IMG/VR virus record: IMGVR_UViG_3300049844_000087
Location: 14,423 to 78,422 of that record
Length of the DNA stretch: 64,000 nucleotides
Reading direction: 5' to 3' (one strand)
DNA from: a virus
Taxonomy: Duplodnaviria; Caudoviricetes
Shown: one piece after another, positions 10,671 to 20,611 of the stretch
How the letters are laid out: every line of letters starts with the position of its first letter
How positions within the stretch are numbered: position 1 is the stretch's first letter
The notes under the pieces: generated by a model
The model's input: the letters and a program-made list of their open reading frames with translations, nothing else
Databases searched by the model: none
Told to the model about the DNA's origin: nothing
Made by a program: the position numbers and the translations under genes

Positions 10671-11090
10671 TTACTTGGCTTTACTAGCTTTGTCAGCCTT
10701 TACGCTTTCTTTAAGCTCTTCTTTAGCTTGCTCTTGATTTCCCCAGACCTTTTCAGTCCACTCGTTTTCAAAATCAACACAAGCCTTATAAACGTCAAAG
10801 ATAACGTTTGTATCATAAAGATCCAACCCAAAGTCGGCTTTCTGCCACCAATCAGGTGTCTGCGACAGGGAATAGCGAAGATTTGCCAAAACATCATGGA
10901 TGAACTTAGTGTCATCATCAAGATTCTTGAGGTCTTCGTTTAGGCGTGCTGCGAGCTTAGCAGCATTAGATTTTGCTCGTAAATTAGGACGTTTATAGGT
11001 GAACGTGCCTTGAAACTGCTGTCCTGTGTCGGACCCTTTCACGTCGATTGTGAAAGTCTTCTCCATAGAGGGGAGGGTAGTGATACTCAT
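10671..11090 (-). CDS. Tail assembly chaperone
   Basis: 139 aa (GTFTYKRPN...PDWW...Y...V.FE) after tail tube; SD AAGGAG. Confidence 0.65.
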   Translation of the reverse strand: MSITTLPSMEKTFTIDVKGSDTGQQFQGTFTYKRPNLRAKSNAAKLAARLNEDLKNLDDDTKFIHDVLANLRYSLSQTPDWWQKADFGLDLYDTNVIFDVYKACVDFENEWTEKVWGNQEQAKEELKESVKADKASKAK

Positions 11091-11161
11091 AAATGCTCCT
11101 TTATTATATTATTGCCAGTTACCTGACTTCTTCATCATATCACATGATAAAGCTAGGAGCA

Positions 11162-11196
11162 CAAAAAGTAAAGGGCTAGACCTAAGTCTAACCCTT
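11162..11196 (-). terminator. Intrinsic terminator after tail tube gene
   Basis: Minus strand AAGGGTTAGAC-TTAG-GTCTAGCCCTT followed by TACTTTTTG. Confidence 0.75.
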
Positions 11197-11335
11197 GTAA
11201 AATGCTGGTTCTGTCTATTCAACCCTTCCGGTCAGGCTGTCAGCAAGTTGTTTTACGTTTTACCCCATTCCTGGGCACTAGAGGTAAGATTTTCGTGTGC
11301 CGTCAGGTTAGAACCTATAAGCCTATCGTTTCAGC

Positions 11336-11749
11336 TTAGAGAGAGCCCTCGTCATCTTGTTTAATTCCAACAAATGACAAAGTAGTTTGACCCAATGAAC
11401 GAGCGTCTACGTTGAAATCCTCTTGAGTACATTTTACTCGTTGGATCAACATTAGAGTGGCTCCAGTGATTCGATCTACCAATTCAGCAGTCAATTCAGG
11501 TTGTGTCAGGATGTCTTGCAGTCTAGGACGCAAGCCAAGAGCCATAGCAGACTGATTTGAAACTCGAAATTGAGTTGCACTGAAATTCACTGTGTAACCA
11601 GTCTCGGCGTACTCAGCGGGTTCCAATTGATCGAGAACATCTACAGGTTGGTGTGCGTGAGCGACTGTGTAATTCAAAGAATTAGCAAAAGCAATCTTTT
11701 GCCCATTTACTCTAAATACAATCCTTGCACCAGTTGAAGTTTGACTCAT
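11336..11749 (-). CDS. Tail tube protein
   Basis: 137 aa, beta-rich (TGARIVFRVNGQKIAFA), downstream of sheath. Confidence 0.8.
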   Translation of the reverse strand: MSQTSTGARIVFRVNGQKIAFANSLNYTVAHAHQPVDVLDQLEPAEYAETGYTVNFSATQFRVSNQSAMALGLRPRLQDILTQPELTAELVDRITGATLMLIQRVKCTQEDFNVDARSLGQTTLSFVGIKQDDEGSL

Positions 11750-11761
11750 TTTATTCTCCTA

Positions 11762-12043
11762 TTACGACTCAATCTCAGCTTCTAGTGCATCACCAGCTTC
11801 TTGCGAAGCCATTGCAACATCTAGAACTTCTTCGTTTTGTTTACTGACTTGTCCACCAGCGGCTTCGATCTGAGCCTTAACATCGGCGGCAAGTTCTTTA
11901 CTTGCCAGACCGCTTGCCAAAATTCTCTCAGTACGTTTAGAAAGGGTAGCATCGCTAAGCATAGCTGCTTCCATTTCTTTTGCGGCTTTCTTGTCGCAAA
12001 GCATGATTTCCAATTCTCGTCTTTGTTTTTTAGTCAATGCCAT
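11762..12043 (-). CDS. Small protein with three tandem ~30-aa helical repeats
   Basis: Repeats begin LTKKQRRELEIML / LSKRTERILASGL / VSKQNEEVLDVAM. Confidence 0.65.
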   Translation of the reverse strand: MALTKKQRRELEIMLCDKKAAKEMEAAMLSDATLSKRTERILASGLASKELAADVKAQIEAAGGQVSKQNEEVLDVAMASQEAGDALEAEIES

Positions 12044-12056
12044 CTTGCCCTACCTT

Positions 12057-13868
12057 TTACGCACTCTGACGAATATTGTCAAGAGTGATTCGGTTAAGGA
12101 TGAAGTCAACACCTTGAACTGGAGTGATTGTGATGTCGATTACAGCAGTGTTGCCGTTGATCGTTACCAACAAGTTCTTAAATCCAAGATTATCATTTGT
12201 GTCGTCTCCGACAATGATATTTGCTCTAAGGAATGAATCCATGATAGAGATGACTGTGTTCTTGATTGCTTGAGCAGTTCCAGTTGCAGCCTTATTTCCG
12301 ATGAAGATAGCTTCCAACTGTTGTCTTAGGTTATAAGCAACATAGTCAGCAGCTTCAATAACAGAAACTCGGTTCCAAACAAAATTCGCATCAATTCCGT
12401 AAGTAGTGTTGTGAACTACTACTCGGAAACCGCCGCTGTCAGCTTCTTCCAAAGGCAACAATCCGGCATCAATAGCCAAGTCAATTTGAGTCTTAGAGTT
12501 GTAATCTTGGTGCTTAATAGCGTTGGCGTTTACAAACTTGAACGTAGCAGGAGTTCCTACTTCTGTTCCAGCCTGGATACCAGCTACCATACAAGCAGCT
12601 CCCCAAGGATCAACAAACTTCAAGTTGCCATCTGCACCCAAGACTTGAACATCTTGGAACAACATTGACGCACGTTCGTGATTCAATGCTTGTGAAGCAG
12701 TTTGCATAGCCGCAAAAGCACCTTTCTTAGAAACGTAACAGTTTCTTTCAGATCGGTTTTTAGTATTTGAAGCGGTAATGCAATGTGTCAAAGCTTGCAA
12801 GTTTACAGCGTCAACAGTGAAAGTAGAAGCGGGATCAGTGTCTCCACTTGCGATCAATGCTGAAGCGTCTTGAGAAATCAAAGGAACAACTTCATTACAA
12901 CGAACTGCCAACAAAGCATCGAAAGCTGCCTGGAAGTTTGAATTCGCAGAAGCTCCTCGTACAGCGCCAGACAAGAAGACAGGTCCTACGTTTGCAGGAA
13001 GTCCTTCGGCATTCGCCACTTGAGACATAGTAACCAATTGTGATTGGCTATTAACGATGTCAAGCAACTCTTGTTGTGCTCTTCGCAGAGTTTTCGCAGA
13101 AGTCTTTACATCCAAAGCTGTGCTGATAAAGTCAAGAGAAGAAGCAGAAGTAGACTTTGCGTTTTGGAATGAGGTTGATGCTGAGTATGAAGCATTTGAA
13201 TCAATAATGTCAACCAAATCCTGTACTGATTTTCCAGGAAGTGAAATGCTCAAATTGTCAGCAGGAGTAGAAGATGTGGTTGCTACCAACGTCTTTACAC
13301 CGCTCAAATTTTGAATAGTGATTGTGCAGCTTGCATCTGCGCCAGTGTATTGCATTTGCATTACAGCAGCATAAGCATTTTCAGTAAGAGTCTCGGTAAC
13401 ACCGTTCTTCTTAATAGTGAATACTTTGTTATTTGCAGACGAACCGTTTGCTACTTGAATGTTGATCAAATTCTCATCTTCGCCAAAGTTAGCAGAAGTG
13501 AGAGTGAACAAATTCGCAGGAGCAGAATTCTGTAGAATTTTAGACGCTTGCGTAGAAGCATTGGTCTTGTAGACTCGGATCATCGAAGCGCCGTTTGGAA
13601 CTCGATTGTCACGAGCAGGTGCTACTAGCAATCTAGCTGCATCTACGATAGGACCGGATTTATATTTTGCGATCAACGAAGCAATATCTTCGCTGGTAAA
13701 CGTTTGCACGCCATCGCTCGATCCAGGCGCACCACCGAGAGCTTCACCAACAATGGCTACAACACCAGTCGCAGACAGTGGAAAACCGCCGGACAGGTTG
13801 ACTCTGGTTTGAGAGTATGCGCCAGGTTTAGCGATACTTGCTCCGTTAAAATTAACTCTAATTGCCAT
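12057..13868 (-). CDS. Tail sheath protein
   Basis: 603 aa; start FNGASIAKPGAYS and C-terminal sheath domain (RVSVIEAADYV...ITITPVQGVDFI). Confidence 0.92.
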   Translation of the reverse strand: MAIRVNFNGASIAKPGAYSQTRVNLSGGFPLSATGVVAIVGEALGGAPGSSDGVQTFTSEDIASLIAKYKSGPIVDAARLLVAPARDNRVPNGASMIRVYKTNASTQASKILQNSAPANLFTLTSANFGEDENLINIQVANGSSANNKVFTIKKNGVTETLTENAYAAVMQMQYTGADASCTITIQNLSGVKTLVATTSSTPADNLSISLPGKSVQDLVDIIDSNASYSASTSFQNAKSTSASSLDFISTALDVKTSAKTLRRAQQELLDIVNSQSQLVTMSQVANAEGLPANVGPVFLSGAVRGASANSNFQAAFDALLAVRCNEVVPLISQDASALIASGDTDPASTFTVDAVNLQALTHCITASNTKNRSERNCYVSKKGAFAAMQTASQALNHERASMLFQDVQVLGADGNLKFVDPWGAACMVAGIQAGTEVGTPATFKFVNANAIKHQDYNSKTQIDLAIDAGLLPLEEADSGGFRVVVHNTTYGIDANFVWNRVSVIEAADYVAYNLRQQLEAIFIGNKAATGTAQAIKNTVISIMDSFLRANIIVGDDTNDNLGFKNLLVTINGNTAVIDITITPVQGVDFILNRITLDNIRQSA

Positions 13869-13884
13869 TTTTTACTCCCTCTTA

Positions 13885-14097
13885 TCAGTAAGACTTGAAG
13901 AGTTCATCAAACTCTGTTCGGGTTGCACTCGACATTCCGTTAGCTTCAGCGTGCTGTCGCATGGGCGGTTTGTGGTGAGCTAAAACCTTTCGTTCCTTCA
14001 AAAGAACCTGAAAGTACACGTCAAACGTCATTTCCTCAGACTCTTCCATTAGATTATCAGCTTCTAGTTCTACTTTTTTGAGTTTCTTATCCTTCAT
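13885..14097 (-). CDS. Hypothetical protein
   Basis: 70-aa ORF with SD GGGGT just upstream of sheath. Confidence 0.6.
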   Translation of the reverse strand: MKDKKLKKVELEADNLMEESEEMTFDVYFQVLLKERKVLAHHKPPMRQHAEANGMSSATRTEFDELFKSY

Positions 14098-14140
14098 TGT
14101 TACCCCTGTATTTTAGCACAGTCTTTTGGCCGTTTTCAGG

Positions 14141-15067
14141 CTACTCATCCTTGGGCTTGACCACTGTCGTGGATGTTGGTGTTATGCCGTCTGGCGCTCT
14201 AATAGTCAGATCAAAGTTATCAATCAGACTTACCTGCTCCTGATTCCAATCGAATTCGGTTATGCAGTTGACTTCCATAAAACGGCTAAAAACATTTTCG
14301 CCTTGATACTCATCGGCCCTATCAAAAATACCGCCGACTCCAAAGTCCAGGTGAATGCCACGTTCAATTAAAGAGTCCATTCTGGACTTTAAAATGTAAG
14401 TGAGTAAATAATACAGGTACTTTGCAATATGCACATCATTGCGAGCATGAACGCCTAAAGAGATAGTCTCTTCCAGTCTGATCATACGTCTAGCTATCCG
14501 TTGAACCCTGATACTACTAATAATCTCACCTGGGTCTACCAAATTGGGGGTATTGCCACCTTTACCAATATTGATATATTTATTCCCAGCTAAGTTACTG
14601 TTTCCACTACCAATTGTAAATTCTACACCGTCTGCGTCAACAAAGATCATTCCAGGAAATACAGGGCCTAAATTGACACTGGGGTCTATTTGAAGTTTTC
14701 CTGTGACCGGATCATACGATAAAGGCTGAACATTGGCCACTCGCACTATAGGGTCAATTTCCGTATCCACTTCTTCAAAGTCATTACTGAATTGTTGAAG
14801 TCTTGGTGTCTCAGAACTCTTAGTTATTTGAATTGAGATACAGGGCGTATTGGTAGGTACTTGAGCAAAAGAGTGGACTATTTTTACTTGATTCTGTTGG
14901 ATAAAGGTTTTAAGCTTGGTGATGTGCGGATCGCCGTATTGGGTATTAAACCAAGTTGCGGTGAACTTGCTAAAGATGTCATCTAAAACAGTAGGATTGG
15001 CTCGGAGAAATCCGATACCATCTCTGATAACTGTTTCGATCACAAATTCAGTAAGTGGGGCACCCAT
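14141..15067 (-). CDS. Tail completion/terminator-like protein
   Basis: 308 aa, position before sheath as in SPO1/Twort-type modules. Confidence 0.55.
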   Translation of the reverse strand: MGAPLTEFVIETVIRDGIGFLRANPTVLDDIFSKFTATWFNTQYGDPHITKLKTFIQQNQVKIVHSFAQVPTNTPCISIQITKSSETPRLQQFSNDFEEVDTEIDPIVRVANVQPLSYDPVTGKLQIDPSVNLGPVFPGMIFVDADGVEFTIGSGNSNLAGNKYINIGKGGNTPNLVDPGEIISSIRVQRIARRMIRLEETISLGVHARNDVHIAKYLYYLLTYILKSRMDSLIERGIHLDFGVGGIFDRADEYQGENVFSRFMEVNCITEFDWNQEQVSLIDNFDLTIRAPDGITPTSTTVVKPKDE

Positions 15068-15070
15068 TTA

Positions 15071-15775
15071 TTATCTCCCTAAGAAACTATCTATCATAGT
15101 AGCAAACAATTGCTCAACTTCCAAGTCCAACCTATCTAGCACTTTTTGGCCAGAATAAGGGCTCGAAGGCCACACGGAATTCTCTCCAACTCGTCGGATA
15201 GTCATATAAGCTACGGAACTATCTTTTTCGTTCTGTGACTTAATTAACCCCTCGACCTTCTTAGCCCTGGCTACCATTCGCTCTTCTTGCTCTACAGCTT
15301 TACCTCGGGAAAACTTTACTTGTTTTCGTTCCGGCTGGGAAAACTGCTTTCGTAATTCGTCGGCATTCTTAAATGATTGAACCTGAAATTTCTGTCCTTG
15401 AATAGATACGTTACCTGCGGAATCAGCATCCTTGTGCATTGGTACATCAACGTAATTTTTACCCTCTGCCTTATTGTGCTGAGCCCTGTTGCCTTGCATG
15501 ATCATGCGAGAAATCTCGCCAGTCTGAATGCCGTCTTCCATCATATTGGCTAGTTTGCCTTCTACAGATATGATGTATAAACCGTCTTCGACTTTTGCAA
15601 ACTTATAGCCTTTAGACCAATTCTTAAATCCACTAGCGCCAAACGATTGACGAGCGTATTCTAGACCTTTCATATAAAGGGCATTAGCTGTCGCTGCTCC
15701 AGCAGCTTTCACTTTTGGCTCTAGATCAGCAGTAATGTCATCGACATTCAAATTTAATTTAGCTTTTATTCTCAT
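15071..15775 (-). CDS. Neck/tail completion protein
   Basis: 234 aa, position in head-tail joining block. Confidence 0.5.
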   Translation of the reverse strand: MRIKAKLNLNVDDITADLEPKVKAAGAATANALYMKGLEYARQSFGASGFKNWSKGYKFAKVEDGLYIISVEGKLANMMEDGIQTGEISRMIMQGNRAQHNKAEGKNYVDVPMHKDADSAGNVSIQGQKFQVQSFKNADELRKQFSQPERKQVKFSRGKAVEQEERMVARAKKVEGLIKSQNEKDSSVAYMTIRRVGENSVWPSSPYSGQKVLDRLDLEVEQLFATMIDSFLGR

Positions 15776-16569
15776 GCTTCATTTGGATCATAATACTCAT
15801 TCGGCTGAAGCTTTGTAGGAGTATTTTGAGTCGCATCCTTTCGGTCTAATAGATAGTCTCTGCGAAGAACCCAAGTCTCTGGCAACTTTACAAAAGTCCT
15901 TCCATTCACAGTCTTTATTGCGGACTGTGGAATCTTTGATGCGGCCAAATCACGCAAGTCATTGTATTGCGAAAAACGGTCTCTGTGTACGGCTTTAGTG
16001 ACACGATATACCGGATGATATAAATAATAAACAGAGTAAATCTCTCTGTCGTTGGGACGATGTGCTCCAGTCCAAACAATTGAACCATTCGTATCTAGCG
16101 TAAAGTCTGTTCCATAGTGGAATCGAACTTTGGCCCCACTACGAATAACAAAGGCCGCAGTAACCTCACAGGCAGGATACTTTAGTTTGTCGATGTTCGT
16201 GGTGATCTGATCTTGTTTCTGAATCAGCTCATAAAACTCTTCTTTAAAGTCTAGAATTTCAACTTTTGCAAATGTTTGCAAACTTGAACCTACTTTAAAC
16301 GTGGCCAAAACTTCGTCGATACTAAACGTACCGTGAACTTTAAACTGCTCTACCAAATCCTGCTGTTGAAACATCGCAGTAGTCTCGTAACAATCAAAGT
16401 CGATCATGTTATTGCTGCACACTGCGCAGTTAGGGTCATGATCCATAGACTCAATAGAAGTCATGTTAGGGCAAGTCGTGGATTTCCACACTCTCACCCT
16501 AACTCCTAAATCTTCGACCAACTGATCGAGATTGACTACATTGATGCCACGAGTTAACTGTTTTGCCAT
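15772..16569 (-). CDS. Neck (head closure-like) protein
   Basis: 265 aa; CP...S...DH...CxxC motif seen in myovirus neck proteins. Confidence 0.6.
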   Translation of the reverse strand: MAKQLTRGINVVNLDQLVEDLGVRVRVWKSTTCPNMTSIESMDHDPNCAVCSNNMIDFDCYETTAMFQQQDLVEQFKVHGTFSIDEVLATFKVGSSLQTFAKVEILDFKEEFYELIQKQDQITTNIDKLKYPACEVTAAFVIRSGAKVRFHYGTDFTLDTNGSIVWTGAHRPNDREIYSVYYLYHPVYRVTKAVHRDRFSQYNDLRDLAASKIPQSAIKTVNGRTFVKLPETWVLRRDYLLDRKDATQNTPTKLQPNEYYDPNEA

Positions 16570-17135
16570 TATTTTTTCTGAGTAAGCTCAGCCTTCAATT
16601 GATCTTCGGTGTACGCTTGGTTTTTAGTTTTTCCAGCAGTTTGCACATAGTCTTGTGGACTCTTTCGTGCGTTATCAAGAACAGAACCAGAAGGGCTGTT
16701 TTTGATTACGGAACCAACTCGGAAATCTTGAAACAAATTGCCAGAGAACTTTACTTCTTTTGTGGCGGTAGGATCTGCAATCTCTTGCGTTCCTGCTGCA
16801 ATGGCTACTTGCTCTGCGGGAGTTTGAGGTTCTTCGCTCTTTTCTAGTTGTACTGCTTTAAGCATTACGTCTACTGAGATAAGCTCTTGCTCTTCTTGTG
16901 TCAATTCTTTGTCACTAAAACTTTTAGCAAGGCGATCTGCAACTTGCTTTTTCAGTTCTTGTGACTTCTGCATTGGCATGTCTTTCATGATCAGAGCCAG
17001 TTGCTTTTTTCGCTTCTGTGCTTCTTCCATGCAAAGTTTCATGTGCTCTTTATCTTGCTTAGCTTGCGCTGCACGCATCATAGCATATAAAGAACTGTCA
17101 ACATCATACTGCCCTAGTTTCGGTTGATTATCCAT
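16569..17135 (-). CDS. Candidate internal head protein
   Basis: 188 aa, charged, several hydrophobic-x-K(S/A) motifs. Confidence 0.5.
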   Translation of the reverse strand: MDNQPKLGQYDVDSSLYAMMRAAQAKQDKEHMKLCMEEAQKRKKQLALIMKDMPMQKSQELKKQVADRLAKSFSDKELTQEEQELISVDVMLKAVQLEKSEEPQTPAEQVAIAAGTQEIADPTATKEVKFSGNLFQDFRVGSVIKNSPSGSVLDNARKSPQDYVQTAGKTKNQAYTEDQLKAELTQKK

Positions 17136-17697
17136 TTTTCTTACTCCTAAAGTTTGTTACAAACTGTTGGTATTTATTTTCTGATTCAATAAAAGCCTCA
17201 AGAGACTTTTTAACTTTACCTGCATATTTTCGTTTGCCGCCGCTAGTTTGGATATATTGACCACCCTTGGGTCCTACCATAACTTGCTTCTTTGCTCGCT
17301 TAGGTTGAGACGCACTTTCTTGTTTTTTGTGCTTCTGTTCCTTAACCTCTCCCTTGGCCCTCTTGTGCGGCTTTGTCACGCCTGTAATAGAAACTTGTCC
17401 CAAAAGCTTCTTCTTCTTTCGCTTTAGTTTGCGAATTACACTCTTAATCTTGTCACGCTTGATTGAACTCTCAGCAGCGGGGTCTAAAGCTTTAGTTAAA
17501 GACTTTTCAACCTCTTTAAGCTTGTCGTAATACTTTGGATCTTCAGTTAAATGATCCATAGCAATTTCCTGAGCTACTTTTTTATCGTCAGTGTGTTCCA
17601 TTTCAATCTTTACTCCCTGAGCCAAAGCTTTCTTATCGAAATCTTCAGGCGACTTTTTGTCAGCTTTTCCGCCAGGAATCTTGTCTTTGTGCTTCAT
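17128..17697 (-). CDS. DUF5661-like, Lys-rich candidate internal head protein
   Basis: GVKIEMEHTDD..VA.EIAMDHLTEDP.YY..L matches DUF5661 as recalled. Confidence 0.65.
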   Translation of the reverse strand: MKHKDKIPGGKADKKSPEDFDKKALAQGVKIEMEHTDDKKVAQEIAMDHLTEDPKYYDKLKEVEKSLTKALDPAAESSIKRDKIKSVIRKLKRKKKKLLGQVSITGVTKPHKRAKGEVKEQKHKKQESASQPKRAKKQVMVGPKGGQYIQTSGGKRKYAGKVKKSLEAFIESENKYQQFVTNFRSKKNG

Positions 17698-18464
17698 TAG
17701 AAGTTCTCCTTCTTTCTGCGCTCTACCGATGCCTTGATGTCGGTTTTAAACTGCTCAAAAGCTTTTTTATATTCGTCTTGCATCGCAAAAACTTTTTTAC
17801 GAGTCAGTTGTCCTTCAGGTAACTTCTGACGATCATCTTGATGAGCCATGTCTAGCATATTCATAGCCTTCTGTTTTAATAGCATAAGGTCTTTCATTTG
17901 ACGTTGCAACTTCATCTTATCACCAGGATGCACGTTGTTCTTAGCGGTCTCAAAGAATGAGTCGCCTTGTGCTTGTGCTTCTGGACTTAACTCTTGAGCA
18001 TCGTGTGTATTATGTTCACTGTGCGCTTCGCCTGTTGCAATATTTACCCACATAGTCTTGCCTGTGCGCTTACTGACTACTTTTTTACGGCCATTTCTCA
18101 CGGTGCCCACTGGATCTGTGGGTTTTGCTGTCGAGGCTTTGCCGCCAGCACTTGCCGAAGGTTTTGCATTCTGCCCAATCTCGCCAACTAGGGTTTTAGG
18201 CTTGGCTCCATAATGTTCTGCTTTTTCCACAGATTCACCAGATGTTTTACTTAACATCTTGGTAATTGCGTCACGAGCATAAGCGATCTTATTAGAACGA
18301 TTATCTTCGAGTATGACGATCTTTGAGTCAGGCTTTGTTAACACTTTATAGTCATTATTGAAAAGCGTAATAAAAGAACCTTGTTCTGGAATTTTTCCTT
18401 CCACAACCGACTTCTTAAAAGCAGCAGCTTTTCTAGAAATGATAAAGTCCTTAAACTTCGACAT
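17697..18464 (-). CDS. Candidate internal head protein
   Basis: 255 aa, basic, FKKS and VEKA motifs. Confidence 0.5.
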   Translation of the reverse strand: MSKFKDFIISRKAAAFKKSVVEGKIPEQGSFITLFNNDYKVLTKPDSKIVILEDNRSNKIAYARDAITKMLSKTSGESVEKAEHYGAKPKTLVGEIGQNAKPSASAGGKASTAKPTDPVGTVRNGRKKVVSKRTGKTMWVNIATGEAHSEHNTHDAQELSPEAQAQGDSFFETAKNNVHPGDKMKLQRQMKDLMLLKQKAMNMLDMAHQDDRQKLPEGQLTRKKVFAMQDEYKKAFEQFKTDIKASVERRKKENF

Positions 18465-19129
18465 TACTTCCTCGATATTTGGCGAATAGCAAATAATGTC
18501 TGACTAAAGCTTTCTCGGTGAGCTTCCCAATTAGCGATAATAGCTTGAGCAGCTTCTCTATCAGACTCGAAACGAGAAAATTGTTGAGAGCGTCTCCAAG
18601 AACGAATAGCCTTTCTTAAGATTTCCTCGTCTTCTGTTTTTCCTTTTTTAAAGTCGTCCACGAATCTACGAATAGATTTTCGTAACTGTATTTCAACATC
18701 ACCAAATTTAATAGTAACTTGTGGAGAATTTGCTACTGAAGCTACAGGAGCAACTGGTGCTTGAGGTTCGTAATCCTCACCTTCACCGTATAAATCAAAA
18801 TCCGTAACTCTACCTTTAACTATCAAAGTCTTAGCAACTATCTCAAGAGTGTGTGCTTCAAACTTCTCTACAATTTGACCTTCACCATCGGTGAAAAACC
18901 CACTATACAAATTTGAGTCTTTATTGGCTAAGGTTAACAATCCCTTTTGAAGTTGAATCTTGTGGACTGTGTCTCCCTTTTTAATCTGACTGCGAAGCTT
19001 TTCTATAAAAGCCGAAGGAGTTCCCTCTTCAGCCGCCTGTTGATCTTTAGCATCAATGGTGGTCAAAGTGTCAGGATAGTCGTAGGACTTCTTAAAATGC
19101 TGTGCAAATGACTTGGGGTCTCTCTTCAT
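18464..19129 (-). CDS. Candidate internal head protein
   Basis: 221 aa, FKKS, LRKS and LRKA motifs. Confidence 0.5.
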   Translation of the reverse strand: MKRDPKSFAQHFKKSYDYPDTLTTIDAKDQQAAEEGTPSAFIEKLRSQIKKGDTVHKIQLQKGLLTLANKDSNLYSGFFTDGEGQIVEKFEAHTLEIVAKTLIVKGRVTDFDLYGEGEDYEPQAPVAPVASVANSPQVTIKFGDVEIQLRKSIRRFVDDFKKGKTEDEEILRKAIRSWRRSQQFSRFESDREAAQAIIANWEAHRESFSQTLFAIRQISRK

Positions 19130-19137
19130 AAAATTCC

Positions 19138-19917
19138 TTACGGCACTGTGAACGCAATTCCGTTATAGTATTTGTGCGCCACTTTCAAATACTCATCTAG
19201 CTTTTTCTGGTAAGAATCAATTCTGGCTCCAAAAGGTCCAGTAGCTCCAAGTTGTCTTCCTGTAGCTGCACCATCAATACTAGTGTTCTCGCCAGAGACA
19301 GGTCCAAAAACTGTATCTCGTAAAATATGAAACATAGAAATGGCGGCTTGTAGTCCGATCATTTCATTCAAAATTACAGGTATTTGATCATCACAAAAGC
19401 CAGCAGTGTAAGATACCTCAAACATGTGCGGCCAAGAGTCCTTAGTTCCAAACAACAAAGGAACGTAAGATCCACCATTAGTAATAATCAATCCATTAAA
19501 AGTTCCCTCAATAGGAGCAAGCTGCAATTGCGCTGCTTCTTTTTCTATAACAAACCACTCTTTTGGAAAATCCACAAGAACTCGGTTATTTGGAAACTTA
19601 GCTTTTAATTCGGTAACTTCCATTACCGGACGTTTTTTTAATTGCAGAAAATTGAATTCCTGGTAGTCAACTTGACGCATGTCGTGCTTGTCTACGATCT
19701 TAGTTGGGAAAATAATGATGTCAAGCTTGTGCTCAATATAAGAGACTGCGGCATTTATCTGATGCTGTAAGACTTCTGGAGGAATTTCTTTTCCATGACG
19801 ATCAGTCATGTCCACGCCAAAGAAATAGCGTTGCTTTAACTGCTCTGGTGTGATAATAGCTTCCCCTCTGGTAAAACCAGCGGAAGAAACTGAATTTGGA
19901 GGAAATTGAAATCCCAT
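19138..19917 (-). CDS. Head-tail adaptor / head completion protein
   Basis: 259 aa; early A..YIEHKLDI, later V.YTAGF...IP..L.E.I...AAI typical adaptor pattern. Confidence 0.7.
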   Translation of the reverse strand: MGFQFPPNSVSSAGFTRGEAIITPEQLKQRYFFGVDMTDRHGKEIPPEVLQHQINAAVSYIEHKLDIIIFPTKIVDKHDMRQVDYQEFNFLQLKKRPVMEVTELKAKFPNNRVLVDFPKEWFVIEKEAAQLQLAPIEGTFNGLIITNGGSYVPLLFGTKDSWPHMFEVSYTAGFCDDQIPVILNEMIGLQAAISMFHILRDTVFGPVSGENTSIDGAATGRQLGATGPFGARIDSYQKKLDEYLKVAHKYYNGIAFTVP

Positions 19918-19924
19918 TTATACC

Positions 19925-20185
19925 TCAAACATGAAAAAATGGATCTGCTTGCGTGTTGCAATAGATCATCTTATGAGGATTCTCTTCTGCAATTTTCTCG
20001 ATCACATACGTTGGATTGTGTTCCAACATTCTGTCAAAAAGCGCAGACTTAAGAGCCGTCTTAGTCTCGCTGTTTGCGTTTTTGTAGCGTTCTACCATTT
20101 TAGCAAAAAACACTTCGTCGTTCGGATTGTTCCTTGCGTATTCTAAGTCCTCTTCAAGTTGTTGAAGATTTGCATAAGCATTCAT
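19925..20185 (-). CDS. Hypothetical protein
   Basis: 86-aa ORF, co-directional. Confidence 0.55.
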   Translation of the reverse strand: MNAYANLQQLEEDLEYARNNPNDEVFFAKMVERYKNANSETKTALKSALFDRMLEHNPTYVIEKIAEENPHKMIYCNTQADPFFHV

Positions 20186-20188
20186 AAC

Positions 20189-20611
20189 TCACTTCTTTGT
20201 GCGAAAGTCCCAGCGAGCTTTCACGCCTTTCTGCTGCAAGCTCCTGCTGTCAACGTGTGTGAAGGTGTCATATCTACCCAAACCATTAAAAATTGGTTCA
20301 GCTAAATCAGCAACTTGATCAGGAGTTAAGCCAAGAACTTGAATGTCAGAAGCGTATCCCAAAACGTGCTGTGAGTTAGAAACTCCGCCAACAGCTTTGT
20401 TGTGCTCTGGACACCTATAGCCACAAGTTTGCTTGATTGGCTTTCCTAGTTTATCCCTTAGCGTTTGCATATTTTTTACATGATCTAGGTCAATAATAGT
20501 TTGTTTGCAAGAGGGCAATTTACAATTGCAATCGAATTCCGTAGAAGAAAAATTCTTCGTTAACGGAACATTTACACCTTTTACAAAAATCTTAACATTG
20601 GCCATTAACAA
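20189..20611 (-). CDS. Peptidase M15A family Zn peptidase (probable endolysin)
   Basis: GYRCPEHNKAVGG..NSQH..G.ASDI...GLGRYDTFTHVDSR = R/H/D/H M15 motifs. Confidence 0.88.
   Translation of the reverse strand: MLMANVKIFVKGVNVPLTKNFSSTEFDCNCKLPSCKQTIIDLDHVKNMQTLRDKLGKPIKQTCGYRCPEHNKAVGGVSNSQHVLGYASDIQVLGLTPDQVADLAEPIFNGLGRYDTFTHVDSRSLQQKGVKARWDFRTKK

Noticed and set aside
10657-10700. Programmed frameshift joining the tail chaperones
   Set aside because: No XXXYYYZ slippery heptamer seen before the stop; downstream ORF has its own SD
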